Below are positions 39,123-49,502 of a stretch of 64,000 nt of DNA, one piece after another. The DNA comes from a candidate division WWE3 bacterium RIFCSPHIGHO2_01_FULL_40_23 (lineage in GTDB: Bacteria; Patescibacteriota; WWE3; UBA101185; 2-01-FULL-41-18): NCBI GenBank assembly GCA_001772615.1, contig MEUZ01000003.1:286433-350432 (forward strand). Direction: 5' to 3'. The notes below the pieces were generated by a model that ran no database searches, had not been told where the DNA came from, and worked only from the letters and a program-made list of their open reading frames with translations. Made by a program: the position numbers and the translations under genes. The first letter of the stretch is position 1. The number at the start of each line of letters is the position of its first letter.

Positions 39123-39586
39123 TAAAACCTGAAGTGGCTAAATGCTTTATTGGCCTCTGCCATTCTGTGAACATCGTCCCTCTTTTTAATTGCGGCTCCC
39201 GTATTTGAGTTTGCGTCTTTTATTTCTGAAACAAGCTTTTCCCACATAGGCTTTCCCTTTTTAGACCTTGCCGCTTGTATAATCCATCTCATCGCCAAAG
39301 CTTCCGATCTATCATGCCTTACAGGAAAGGGGATTTGATATGTGGCACCTCCGACTCTTCTTGATCTTACCTCTTGTCGTGGCATCACATTTTTAACTGC
39401 CTGCTCAAAAATTGAAACCGCTTCTTTTTTATCCAGGTTAAGGTTGGATAATGATGTATATATTATATTTTCGGAAAGGCTCTTTTTTCCATGAACCATT
39501 AGATTATTTACAAATCTGCCGACAACTTTTGATTTATAAACCGCGTCAGGCTGCGCTTGTCTTTTTTTAACCTTAAGTCCTCTCAT
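39122..39586 (-). CDS. rpsG: 30S ribosomal protein uS7
   Basis: SRRVGGATYQIP; HRMAEANKAF; start at MRGLK. Confidence 0.97.
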   Translation of the reverse strand: MRGLKVKKRQAQPDAVYKSKVVGRFVNNLMVHGKKSLSENIIYTSLSNLNLDKKEAVSIFEQAVKNVMPRQEVRSRRVGGATYQIPFPVRHDRSEALAMRWIIQAARSKKGKPMWEKLVSEIKDANSNTGAAIKKRDDVHRMAEANKAFSHFRF

Positions 39587-39587
39587 A

Positions 39588-40010
39588 TTAAGCCGCCTTC
39601 TTTCCGCCTTTTTTGGCTCCGTATAAAGACCTTGACGTTTGTCTGTTTGAAACCCCGGCAAGATCAAACTTACCTCTGACTATAGTGTATTTCACTCCTG
39701 GAAGATCCTGGATTTTACCCGATTTAACCAAAACCACGGAATGCTCCTGGAGGTTATGACCTTCTCCGGGTATGTATGCCGTTACCTCTCTTCTATTTGA
39801 AAGCCTTACTCTTGCAACTTTTCTTAAGGCAGAATTTGGTTTTTTGGGAGTTCTCGTCATAACCGAAAGGCATACACCTCTTTTAAAAGGTGAATGAACA
39901 AACTTAGCCCTTCTATCAATAGACGAAAAGACCTCCGATAAAGCCGGTGTTTTAAGTTTTTTTACTTTTTTCTTTCTGCCACGGCGCAGAAGCTGATTTA
40001 TTGTAGGCAT
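39588..40010 (-). CDS. rpsL: 30S ribosomal protein uS12
   Basis: MPTINQL; [11 protein letters not shown]; DLPG. Confidence 0.97.
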   Translation of the reverse strand: MPTINQLLRRGRKKKVKKLKTPALSEVFSSIDRRAKFVHSPFKRGVCLSVMTRTPKKPNSALRKVARVRLSNRREVTAYIPGEGHNLQEHSVVLVKSGKIQDLPGVKYTIVRGKFDLAGVSNRQTSRSLYGAKKGGKKAA

Positions 40011-40013
40011 AAA

Positions 40014-43000
40014 TTATTCCAGACGCGCTCTATCTCCCGTAGGGATGAGCCTTCCTATTATAATATTCTCTTTTAACCCTAAAAGCCTATCAACCCTACC
40101 AGAGGCCGAAGCATCGGTCAAGACAGAGCTTGTCTGAATAAATGATGCAGCGGACAAAAAGCTTTCGGTTTCTAAAGAAGCCCTGGTTATGCCAAGAAGT
40201 GTCAGTTCCGCAGTTGAAGGTTCCCCGCCCTCCGCCAAAACCCTTCTGTTTCCTTCTTCAAATGTATATTTCGTAACTATTTCACCCGGTAAAAAGTTTG
40301 TATCCCCGACTGTCTCTATCTTCACCCTGTTAAACATCTGTCTTACAATCACTTCAAGGTGCTTGTCGTTTATAGTAACTCCCTGCGTTGAATAGACCGA
40401 CTGGACTTCATCTATTATATATTTCTGGGTAGCATAGACTCCCACCGTTCTAAGAAGATCCGAGAGATCAAGATGCCCTGAAGTAAGAGCCTGTCCCGAT
40501 ACCACAAGATCGTTATCCTTCACTAAAATTTCAGAAATCGGATCAACTTTATAAGAAGCTTCAGGCGTTTCCGAGGCAGGATCGGTTGAAACAACCGTAA
40601 TAGATCTTTCATTTTCAGAAGAATCCACTTTAACCTTACCGGTGATCTCACTCATTATGGATAAATCTTTAGGCGTTCTTGCTTCAAAAAGCTCTTCAAC
40701 TCTTGGAAGACCCTGGGTAATATCCTTTCCCGCAATTCCTCCTGCGTGGAATGTCCTCATGGTTAGCTGTGTTCCAGGCTCACCTATTGACTGTGCGGCT
40801 ACAACGCCTACCGCGGTTCCCACCTGCACAACCTCTCTTGTCATAAGATCCACACCGTAACACTTGGAACAAACCCCATACTTTGCCTCGCAGGTTAAAA
40901 CCGATCTGATTTTCACTTCGGGAACTTCGGCTTCCAAAATATTTTTTGCTATTTCGGCAGTTATAAGTTCATTTCTTTTAACAAGAATTTTATTCCCGCT
41001 TTTAACGTCCTTTGCCGCAAACCTTCCGACAATCCGATCCGAAAATGTGGTCAATATTCTTTTCTCATCCGCTCTTATTACTCTTCCCTCTTCGCAGTCG
41101 CAGTCTTCAATTCTGACAATCATATCCTGCGCCACATCTACAAGCCTTCTTGTGAGATAACCTGAATCCGCCGTTTTTAAAGCTCGGTCAGCAAGACCTT
41201 TTCTTGCACCCCTTGAAGACGTAAAGTACTCAACTCCCGAAAGCCCTTCCTTATAATTCCCAAGTATGGGAAGCTCAACCAGCTTTCCCGTAGGATCACT
41301 TTTCAGACCAACCATGCCTGCAATCTGCTTTAACTGGTCTCTTGAGGCCTTGCTTGCCCCCGATCCGATTAAAAGCTTCACTGGGTTTTCACTCTCAAGC
41401 TTATTCCATGCAAGCTCATCAATTTTTGCGGTGGTTTCATTCCATACACCCTCCGAAAGTCTTCTTGCTTCATTTCTAGTAATAAGACCTCTCTTAAAGT
41501 TTCTTTCTATTTCAGAAGCCTGTTTTCTTCCTTCCATAATAATTTCATCTCTCTCAACAGGTATCAGACAGTCCGAAAGAGCAACCGATATACCCGAAGA
41601 AGTTCCATATTTAAGGCCGAGATCTTTCATATCGTCAATAAGTTTTACAACAACTTCGTTTGGCTCTGTGTCTAAAACCTTTGCGATTGTACTATTCACA
41701 ATTTTTTTATCCACAGCCGCATTTATAAACGAGAGAGAGCTTGGAAGTATCTCATTAAATATTATCCTTCCAATGCAGGTTTCAATTATTTCGTTCCCTA
41801 TTTTTGCTTTAATTTTCTGTCTTAATTTAATTTTTAATAGGCCGTATGCCAAAAGAGCTTCCTCCCTTGATGAAAACACTGCTTTATATTCCGGGATACC
41901 CTCGTCAAAAGAAGTCATGTAATAAGTTCCGAGAAGCATAATTCTTGCTGGAACGGCAATCGGGGCCCCATCTGAAGGCTTCAGAAGATTATTTGTGGAA
42001 ATCATCACCTCTTTAGATTCTTTTATAGCAAGGTCTGAAAGAGGAAGGTGAACCGCCATCTGATCCCCGTCAAAGTCGGCGTTATACCCCGCGCACACGC
42101 AAAGGTGTAAAGATATTGCATTTCCATCAACAAGCTTTGGATAAAATGCCTGGATGCCAAGCCTCCATAAAGTAGGTGCTCTGTTAAGAAGCACGGGGTG
42201 ATCTTTAACAACTTCTTCAAGAATATCCCAGACCTCGGCTCCCCTGGCTTCAAGCACAAATCTTGCACTTTTGACATTTGGTGCAAGGCCTCTTGCAAGA
42301 ACCTCTTTTAGTACAAAAGGCTTAAAAAGTTCAAGAGCCATTTCTTTTGGAAGCCCGCATTCATTAAGTTTCAGCTCCGGCCCGTTTACTATTACTGATC
42401 TACCCGAATAATCAACTCTTTTTCCAAGAAGATTCTGCCTGAATCTTCCCTGCTTGCCTTTTAACATATCGGCAAGGGACCTTAACTGCTGCTTTCCTCT
42501 TAAGTTTCTTGCGGTCTGCCTTTGTTTGGATGAATCAAGCAAAGCATCAACTGATTCCTGAAGCATTCTCTTTTCATTTCTCACTATGATTTCAGGGGCT
42601 CCAAGCTCCAAAAGCCTTTTTAACCTGTTATTTCTGTTTATAACCCTTCTGTAAAGGTCATTTAAGTCGCTTGTTGCAAATCTGCCGCCCTCAAGCTGAA
42701 CCATCGGCCTTAAATCAGGAGGTATAACTGGAATTACATCTAGTATCATCCTGGAGGGCTCAATTTTCGCTCTTCTGAAACCCTCAACAACCCTTAGTCT
42801 TTTTGAGAGTCTGACGAATCTCTGGCCTTTGGCTGACTGCATTTCCTCTTTAAGGGAAAGGGCCGTAGAGTTTAAGTCCATCTCTGAAAGAATGCCTTTT
42901 ATGGCTTCGGCTCCAATTCCAACCTTGCAAAATTTGTTAATGTATTCATAAGAAGCTATATACTCATTATCGCTTATCACACTATGCACATCTAAAATTT

Positions 43001-43706
43001 CCAAACTTTTCTGCAAGGCCTTAAAATCCTTTTCAACCTTTTCCATCTTCAAAACCGTTTGATCCCTTAGCTTTGCGGCGTGCTCTCTCATTTTTAATCT
43101 CATTTCTGATCCGGCAAACTCCTTTTGAGTTTTATCCGAAATATCAAGAGATCTGATTTTGGCTTCAAGTTCTTTTCCCACTTTTTTTATCTCATCTTCA
43201 GTATTCTCGGATGCTTCTTTTCTTGCTTTATCCAAAGCTTTCTCCACTTCAGAGATAACTGAAGCTTTTTTGTCATGGTCAATATCCTTAACAATATATG
43301 AAGAAAAATAAATAACGTTTTCAAGATTTCTCGGCGACATGTCTAATAGTGTGGCCATCTTTGAAGGTATACCTCTGAAAAACCAGACGTGAGCAACGGA
43401 AGCGGCAAGCTTAATATGCCCCATTCTTTCTCGTCTTACCCTTGAGTGTGTAACTTCAACTCCGCACTTATCACAGACAACTCCTTTGTATCTAATTCTT
43501 TTATACTTTCCGCAGTAGCATTCATAATCTTTTATCGGCCCGAATATTCTTTCATCAAAAAGACCGTCTTTTTCAGCTTTAAAAGTCCTGTAATTTATAG
43601 TTTCAGGTTTAATAACCTCGCCATGAGACCACGCAAGCATGTTGTCTGTTGACGCAAGAGATATTTTTATAGCATCAAAATCTTTTAATCTCATTAATTC
43701 TTCCAT
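40014..43706 (-). CDS. rpoC: RNA polymerase beta' subunit
   Basis: Zn finger, NADFDGD, GEPGTQLTMRTFH. Confidence 0.98.
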   Translation of the reverse strand: MEELMRLKDFDAIKISLASTDNMLAWSHGEVIKPETINYRTFKAEKDGLFDERIFGPIKDYECYCGKYKRIRYKGVVCDKCGVEVTHSRVRRERMGHIKLAASVAHVWFFRGIPSKMATLLDMSPRNLENVIYFSSYIVKDIDHDKKASVISEVEKALDKARKEASENTEDEIKKVGKELEAKIRSLDISDKTQKEFAGSEMRLKMREHAAKLRDQTVLKMEKVEKDFKALQKSLEILDVHSVISDNEYIASYEYINKFCKVGIGAEAIKGILSEMDLNSTALSLKEEMQSAKGQRFVRLSKRLRVVEGFRRAKIEPSRMILDVIPVIPPDLRPMVQLEGGRFATSDLNDLYRRVINRNNRLKRLLELGAPEIIVRNEKRMLQESVDALLDSSKQRQTARNLRGKQQLRSLADMLKGKQGRFRQNLLGKRVDYSGRSVIVNGPELKLNECGLPKEMALELFKPFVLKEVLARGLAPNVKSARFVLEARGAEVWDILEEVVKDHPVLLNRAPTLWRLGIQAFYPKLVDGNAISLHLCVCAGYNADFDGDQMAVHLPLSDLAIKESKEVMISTNNLLKPSDGAPIAVPARIMLLGTYYMTSFDEGIPEYKAVFSSREEALLAYGLLKIKLRQKIKAKIGNEIIETCIGRIIFNEILPSSLSFINAAVDKKIVNSTIAKVLDTEPNEVVVKLIDDMKDLGLKYGTSSGISVALSDCLIPVERDEIIMEGRKQASEIERNFKRGLITRNEARRLSEGVWNETTAKIDELAWNKLESENPVKLLIGSGASKASRDQLKQIAGMVGLKSDPTGKLVELPILGNYKEGLSGVEYFTSSRGARKGLADRALKTADSGYLTRRLVDVAQDMIVRIEDCDCEEGRVIRADEKRILTTFSDRIVGRFAAKDVKSGNKILVKRNELITAEIAKNILEAEVPEVKIRSVLTCEAKYGVCSKCYGVDLMTREVVQVGTAVGVVAAQSIGEPGTQLTMRTFHAGGIAGKDITQGLPRVEELFEARTPKDLSIMSEITGKVKVDSSENERSITVVSTDPASETPEASYKVDPISEILVKDNDLVVSGQALTSGHLDLSDLLRTVGVYATQKYIIDEVQSVYSTQGVTINDKHLEVIVRQMFNRVKIETVGDTNFLPGEIVTKYTFEEGNRRVLAEGGEPSTAELTLLGITRASLETESFLSAASFIQTSSVLTDASASGRVDRLLGLKENIIIGRLIPTGDRARLE

Positions 43707-43711
43707 AGTAT

Positions 43712-46700
43712 TTATTCCTCCACCGCCTCATTTAAACTTTTAATATTCTCATTTAATTTAGTCAGCTCCTCCGTATTTGGTTCCCCCTTTTCTATATCCA
43801 AAGCAACCTTCTCGGCGCCAATCGTTTCTATGCTAAGACAAAGACCATTAAGCTCTTTTACTAGAAGTTTAAAAGATTCAGGAATAGCGGCTTCAGGAAT
43901 CTTTTCTCCCTGAAGAATTGCTCTAAAAGCCTGTGTTCTTCCTACAAGGTCATCCGATTTAATTGTGAGAATTTCCTGAAGAGTGTGGGCCGCCCCGTAT
44001 GCCTCAAGAGCCCAAACTTCCATTTCTCCAAACCTCTGGCCTCCAAACTGGGCTTTCCCCCCAAGAGGCTGCTGGGTTATAAGCGAATATGGTCCCGTTG
44101 ACCTAGCATGCATTTTTTCTTCCGACATATGAATAAGCTTTAATATATAGGTATCCCCCACAACAATTTCATGATCAAAGTAATCACCGGTTCTGCCGTC
44201 AATGAGTTTTGATTTTCCCGACACGGGAAGCCCCGCCTGCCTTAATTCATCTTCAATTTCTTCATAAGGGACTTTTTCAAATACTGGGAATGAATATTTC
44301 TTACCCATTTTTTTCGCAGCGGTTCCTACCTGCGCTTCAAGAATCTGCCCGACATTCATTCTTTTTAAAACCGCCTCCGAGGAAAAAATAATATCAACAG
44401 GTGTTCCGTCTTCAAGGTGAGGCATATCGGCTTCATTAACTATCTTAGAAATTACTCCTTTATTTCCATGCCTTCCCGCAAGCTTGTCCCCAACCTCAAT
44501 CTTTTTAATCTGGGCTACATAAACCCTTATTTCCTTAATGACTCCTGTTGGAAGCTCGTCATTTTCTTTCTTTGTTATTATCTTCACTCCAATTACGGTT
44601 CCCTGCTCTCCGTGCGGAAGAACCAAAGAATTATCTCTTACTTCTCTTGCCTTCTCACCAAAAATTGCTCTTAAAAGCCTTTCTTCCGCTGATAACTCTG
44701 TTTCCCCTTTCGGTGCGATTTTTCCGACAAGAATATCACCGGCCTTGACCTTTGACCCTATGGCAACAATACCTTCATCATCAAGATTCCTTAAAGCATC
44801 TTCTGAAACGTTTGGAATATCTCTTGTAACTTCTTCAGGACCAAGCTTGGTCTCAAGAACCTGAACTTTATGATCCGTTATATGAATTGAAGAGAGCACA
44901 TCTTCTTTAACAAGTCTGTCTGAAATAAGAATGCCATCTTCAAACTCATATCCTCCCCAAACCATATACGCAACTTTAAGATTAGTTCCGATTGCAAGCT
45001 CCCCATCCCAAACGGAAGGTCCTTCAAAAATCACCTGCCCTCTTTTAACTTTGTCACCGGCCTTGACTTTTGTCCTCTGGTTATAGCAGGTATCCATATT
45101 TGATTTAACAAACTTTTTAAGATGATATTCTTCTTTCTCTCCTTTGGCGTATTTAATTACAACTTTTGAAGCATCTGAAAATTCGACTGTACCGTCCTCT
45201 TTGGCCTTAAAACACGCACCCGCATTCTCGGCAATAACAGGCTCAAGCCCTGTCCCAACCAGAGGGGCCTCGGGCTTAATTAAGGGAACAGCCTGTGAAG
45301 TCTGCTGTGTTGCAACAAGAGTTCTGGTTGTATCATCATTTGCTAGGAAGGGGATTAAAGCCGCGGATATGCCAACTACCTGTTGAGGTATTACATCCAT
45401 AAATTGAGCAAGTCTGACATCCCCAAGCAAAAACTCGCCTCTGTACCTTAACGGGACTTGAGTATCGGTAATATATCCTCTTTCATCAATGTTTACGGAT
45501 GCATCGGTAATATAAAGCTCATATTCATCATAAGCCGCAAGATACATCACCTCATCCGTAACTCTGACCTTCCCATCGTCATCTTTTTCAAGCTTATAAT
45601 AAGGGGCTTCAAGAAATCCGTAGTCATTCACTCTTGCATAAGTTGCTATGTAGTTAATAAGCCCGATGTTTGGACCCTCCGGAGTTCTCACAGGACAAAT
45701 CCTTCCGTAATGAGAATAATGGACGTCCCTCACGGGAAGGCTTGCTCTTTCTTTTGTTAGACCTCCCGGTCCCATGACTGAAAGCCTTCTTAAATGATCA
45801 AGGGAGGTAAGAGGATTTTGCTGATCTTGAAACTGCGAAAGCTGTCCAGAAGCAAAAAAGCTGTGAATCCTTGCGGCAACCGGCCTTGTTGAAATAAGAA
45901 CACCGGGATCACAAAGTTTATCTCTTGGCTGAATGCTCATTCTTTCTTTAATATTTCTCTCCATCTGTAAAAACCCAATTCTTATCTGATTCTGAAGAAG
46001 CTCCCCGACGCTTCTTACCCTTCTGTTTCCAAGATTATCAATATCGTCAAACTGCCCCACACCATTATTAAGCTCAATTATTCTTTGAACGATTTTAATA
46101 AGATCCTCAAGTTGCAAAAGCCTGTATTTACCTTCATTAGGAAAAGTCAAGCCAAGCTTCTGATTAAGCTTAAATCTTCCCACCCTTCCAAGAGAGTACC
46201 TTCTTGAACTAAAGAAAAGAGACTCAACTAAAGCCTTCGCGTTTTCTAAAACTAAAGGCTCGCCGGGCCTCATTTTTCTGTATATTTCAATGTAAGCTTC
46301 ATTAAGAGACTTTGCGGGATCTTTCTGAAGCGTAGTTGCTATGTAAAGTTTTTGAACGTCGATATCAACGGATGTAAATGCTTCTTCTATGTCTTTGTCA
46401 GAGGACAAACCAAAAACTCTCAAAAGCGCGGTAATGGCTATTTTTCTTCTTCTGTCTATCTTTACGCTTATCACACCGCTTCTTGAGGTTTCAATTTCAA
46501 GCCAAGCTCCGCTTTTTGGAAGGATTTTGGCACCTGCAAGGTTTTTTCCCGTAGACGGATCGGTCTCTCCTATAAAAAACACTCCCTCGGAGCGCGTAAG
46601 CTGATTTACCACAACCCTCTCAACTCCATTAATGATAAAGGTCCCGTTCACGGTCATTAAAGGAATATCCCCCATGTAAACGTCCTGGGTTTTTGATTTA

Positions 46701-46978
46701 TTTGTAAGTGTGTCTTTTAAAGTTGTTGAAAGGTACCACTGGGCATCATAGGTAACACCTTTTTCAAGTGCTTCGTCAACTGCAGTATTGGGTTTATCCA
46801 CCCTAGGGTTTGAAAAGTAAAGCTCCCAACCTCTTCCGGTCGTGTCGGACACCGGGCTTATTTCCGAAACAACTTCTGAAAGTCCTTTCCCTTTTAACCA
46901 GTCATAAGAATCAATTTGAACACGGGAAAGGTCAGGAAGCGGATAATTATATTTTCGTTTAGAAAACTGTTGTCTCAT
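43712..46978 (-). CDS. rpoB: RNA polymerase beta subunit
   Basis: GDKLAGRHGNKG; GGQRFGEME. Confidence 0.98.
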   Translation of the reverse strand: MRQQFSKRKYNYPLPDLSRVQIDSYDWLKGKGLSEVVSEISPVSDTTGRGWELYFSNPRVDKPNTAVDEALEKGVTYDAQWYLSTTLKDTLTNKSKTQDVYMGDIPLMTVNGTFIINGVERVVVNQLTRSEGVFFIGETDPSTGKNLAGAKILPKSGAWLEIETSRSGVISVKIDRRRKIAITALLRVFGLSSDKDIEEAFTSVDIDVQKLYIATTLQKDPAKSLNEAYIEIYRKMRPGEPLVLENAKALVESLFFSSRRYSLGRVGRFKLNQKLGLTFPNEGKYRLLQLEDLIKIVQRIIELNNGVGQFDDIDNLGNRRVRSVGELLQNQIRIGFLQMERNIKERMSIQPRDKLCDPGVLISTRPVAARIHSFFASGQLSQFQDQQNPLTSLDHLRRLSVMGPGGLTKERASLPVRDVHYSHYGRICPVRTPEGPNIGLINYIATYARVNDYGFLEAPYYKLEKDDDGKVRVTDEVMYLAAYDEYELYITDASVNIDERGYITDTQVPLRYRGEFLLGDVRLAQFMDVIPQQVVGISAALIPFLANDDTTRTLVATQQTSQAVPLIKPEAPLVGTGLEPVIAENAGACFKAKEDGTVEFSDASKVVIKYAKGEKEEYHLKKFVKSNMDTCYNQRTKVKAGDKVKRGQVIFEGPSVWDGELAIGTNLKVAYMVWGGYEFEDGILISDRLVKEDVLSSIHITDHKVQVLETKLGPEEVTRDIPNVSEDALRNLDDEGIVAIGSKVKAGDILVGKIAPKGETELSAEERLLRAIFGEKAREVRDNSLVLPHGEQGTVIGVKIITKKENDELPTGVIKEIRVYVAQIKKIEVGDKLAGRHGNKGVISKIVNEADMPHLEDGTPVDIIFSSEAVLKRMNVGQILEAQVGTAAKKMGKKYSFPVFEKVPYEEIEDELRQAGLPVSGKSKLIDGRTGDYFDHEIVVGDTYILKLIHMSEEKMHARSTGPYSLITQQPLGGKAQFGGQRFGEMEVWALEAYGAAHTLQEILTIKSDDLVGRTQAFRAILQGEKIPEAAIPESFKLLVKELNGLCLSIETIGAEKVALDIEKGEPNTEELTKLNENIKSLNEAVEE

Positions 46979-47029
46979 TCAAAAGAGCAGGATAAATCCC
47001 AAGTTAAAAATCCGTAAATATAAATACGA

Positions 47030-47130
47030 AAGACAAAAGAAAAGGCCGCGGGCACAGCTATCCCGCACCGCTTTGAACTTTTGACTATAGATTGTGGGGA
47101 AAGCCTAACACAAGGCCTTGGGGCTGTCAA
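47030..47130 (-). promoter_or_regulatory. rpoB promoter and structured leader
   Basis: TTGACA-17 nt-TAGGCT at 47102-47130; GC hairpin gcggg...cccgc followed by a T-rich tract. Confidence 0.65.
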
Positions 47131-47184
47131 GCAAAACCGAATTTGATTTTTTGATGGAATCTGGCTTATTATGTAGGTACATTT

Positions 47185-47619
47185 ATGGAGAAAACGCTTT
47201 CTCTAAAGGCTGTAGTTTCAAGCGAACTTGAAAAAAATACGGGACAGGCGACCATTTATCTTCTGGAGGAGGAAACTCAAACCATACTGCCGATATGCGT
47301 TGACTCAAGCTCCGCCGAATCCATCATACTCGCTCAACAAAATCTGATCCTTCCAAGACCGCACACACATGATCTTATGAAAAGGCTCATTAACTGCTTC
47401 GGCGGAAAACTTAATGATGTAATCATTTATGATCTTGAAGATGATATTTTCTACGCTTATCTAAGATTAATAAGGGGTACAGAACTTGTTGAGATAGACG
47501 CAAGACCAAGCGACGCAATAGCAATGGCCTTAAGATATGAGGTGCCAATCCTTGCGAAAGAAGACGTCTTATTAAGAGGCGGTATAAAAATCTCCGAGAA
47601 TGTAATGGGTGTGGCTTAA
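47185..47619 (+). CDS. Bifunctional nuclease family protein (DUF151)
   Basis: LPI...RPHTHDL...FYA.L...IDARPSDAIAMALR. Confidence 0.92.
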   Translation: MEKTLSLKAVVSSELEKNTGQATIYLLEEETQTILPICVDSSSAESIILAQQNLILPRPHTHDLMKRLINCFGGKLNDVIIYDLEDDIFYAYLRLIRGTELVEIDARPSDAIAMALRYEVPILAKEDVLLRGGIKISENVMGVA

Positions 47620-48584
47620 AGGTATTTTACCTTATTGGCTTCGTGCTCTTCTAAAGTTTTTGCAAATCTGACTTTTCCGTCTTTATCATGAAGATAATAT
47701 CTAAAAACCGTTTCTTTAAAAGAGAGTACAGCCTTTACTGCTGATAGGGATGGGTTGCAGATAGGTTTTGGCGGAAGACCTAAAACCTTTCTTGTGTTAT
47801 AGGGACTTTCCGTTTGAAGCTGTTCAGAAGTAAGGTTTTTTGGCCAGTAATCTTCTTTTGTCCCAAAAATATACTGTACAGTCGCGTCCGCACCAAGTAA
47901 GGCGCCTTCGTTGTATCTATTAATAAGAATCCCTGCCACAACAGGTCTGTTTTCATCTTCTGGCTCTTCCCTCTCTACAATTGAGGAAAGAATTAAGATT
48001 TCCTCCATGCTTAATTTAGTTTTATTTCCACTAAAAAGATCCTTAGTTTTTTGATCAAAGGTATCGGTCAAAAGTTTAATCAGCTCTTCGGTTGAAATAT
48101 CCTGATCTAAAAGATAAGTATCAGGAAAAAGCTTTCCTTCAAGGGAACGGGAAATAACCTCACTCATAAACTTTTCATAATTTACATTTTTAAATTTAGA
48201 GCTTGTAATTTGGGCAATTTCTTCAGCCCTTAAGCCCTCTACAATGGTTACTTTAATATCATTTGTACCGTGCGTTAGAAGAAGCGCGAGTTCAGGAATA
48301 GCTAAATCGGAAGGCAATGTATATGTTCCTGCCTGAAGGGTAAAATTATTAATCCTTGCGTAGAAAACAAAAAGAGAAGAGGAATTAATTAACCTATTTT
48401 CTCTTAAAAGTTTAGCAATATCCGAGGTGGCCATACCTTCCTCTATTATTATTGTTTTAGGCTCACTCCCGTTATAATTTTTTCGGGTTACAGCCACTTT
48501 ATAGTAAGCGAAGGCCAAACCGGAAAAGAATATAAAAGAAATTATAAAGATTGCTATTTTTTTATAAAGCTTATTTCTCATCAT
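47616..48584 (-). CDS. mltG: Endolytic transglycosylase MltG
   Basis: EGKLFPDTY, SIVERE, ADATVQY, SPYNT...GLPP.PICNP. Confidence 0.93.
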   Translation of the reverse strand: MMRNKLYKKIAIFIISFIFFSGLAFAYYKVAVTRKNYNGSEPKTIIIEEGMATSDIAKLLRENRLINSSSLFVFYARINNFTLQAGTYTLPSDLAIPELALLLTHGTNDIKVTIVEGLRAEEIAQITSSKFKNVNYEKFMSEVISRSLEGKLFPDTYLLDQDISTEELIKLLTDTFDQKTKDLFSGNKTKLSMEEILILSSIVEREEPEDENRPVVAGILINRYNEGALLGADATVQYIFGTKEDYWPKNLTSEQLQTESPYNTRKVLGLPPKPICNPSLSAVKAVLSFKETVFRYYLHDKDGKVRFAKTLEEHEANKVKYL

Positions 48585-48957
48585 TTTTAACAAACTCCTG
48601 ATAAATCACTTCTACAGTTTTAGCACAAATTTTTCTTTTACCAAAACACTTATGGGGAACAAGACTCCCCGAGAATGTTTTTGGGATATGCATCAGCTCA
48701 TGAATCAAAACCCTATCCATATCGGATCTTGCAAGTTTATCAAATCTTTCTGAAATTACCTCAATGACATACTTTGGAGTTAACTTTAATGCAAGCTGCC
48801 ACACTCTGGGAAATGAATATATCCTTGCAATTGCCCTTCCCCTTGAACCACGTGACTTTACACAAAAAAGACCTTCAGCTTTTATATAGGGCATGTCAAC
48901 TTTTTTTAGAATATACCTTACCCTTTCCAGAGTTTTTTCATCTTCTCTAAATTCCAT
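48571..48957 (-). CDS. Putative small Zn metallopeptidase (HExxH)
   Basis: YVIEVISERF...VLIHELMHIP. Confidence 0.8.
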   Translation of the reverse strand: MEFREDEKTLERVRYILKKVDMPYIKAEGLFCVKSRGSRGRAIARIYSFPRVWQLALKLTPKYVIEVISERFDKLARSDMDRVLIHELMHIPKTFSGSLVPHKCFGKRKICAKTVEVIYQEFVKNDEK

Positions 48958-49032
48958 GCGGTAATCAATTATAGCCCTTTTTGACAGTGAGCCAACCCTC
49001 TGTTATTATCACCTGTCCGGCCCAAAAAGAGT

Positions 49033-49314
49033 ATGAAAAAAGATCAGTTAAAAAGAGTCCACATCAAAATCAAGGGAAAAAGGCACGAAAAGGAGTCTAA
49101 AACCATCATCCTTAAATTGGCCCGTAAATTTAAACTTACCGGGTTTGTTTCAGGCAGGGAAGGTGTCGTTGAGGTAATTGCTGAAGGTGAGAAAGTAAAC
49201 CTTTTTGAATTCTTAAAAAACTATACCTCTATAAACATGAAATCCAAGATTAAGGAAATTCTTTTTTACTTTAAAGAAGCCGAAAACAAGTTTACGGGGT
49301 TTAGCTTAAATTAG
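49033..49314 (+). CDS. Acylphosphatase-fold protein lacking catalytic motifs
   Basis: RVHI.IKG...LTGFV....G.VEVIAEG fold pattern; upstream TTGACA promoter. Confidence 0.7.
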   Translation: MKKDQLKRVHIKIKGKRHEKESKTIILKLARKFKLTGFVSGREGVVEVIAEGEKVNLFEFLKNYTSINMKSKIKEILFYFKEAENKFTGFSLN

Positions 49315-49502
49315 CTCTCTTTATTTAGCTCTTCAAATTTAAGCTTTGCACTCTCTAGCTTTGATAAGCATTTTTTATGAAGCTTAACGCCCTCCTCATA
49401 AAGCTTTAATGCTTCTTCAAGCTCAAGATCCCCCTTATCAAGCTCTTCAGTTATTTCTTTCAGTCTGTTTAAAGCCTTTGTAAAAGATATATCTTCCTTC
49501 AT
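49311..49502 (-). CDS. xseB: Exodeoxyribonuclease VII small subunit
   Basis: LEEALKLYEEGVKL..C...L..A; follows xseA. Confidence 0.93.
   Translation of the reverse strand: MKEDISFTKALNRLKEITEELDKGDLELEEALKLYEEGVKLHKKCLSKLESAKLKFEELNKES

Noticed and set aside
41266-41922. 218-aa plus-strand ORF within rpoC (also 57153-57872 and 53137-53628)
   Set aside because: Antisense to well-supported genes with no recognisable motifs
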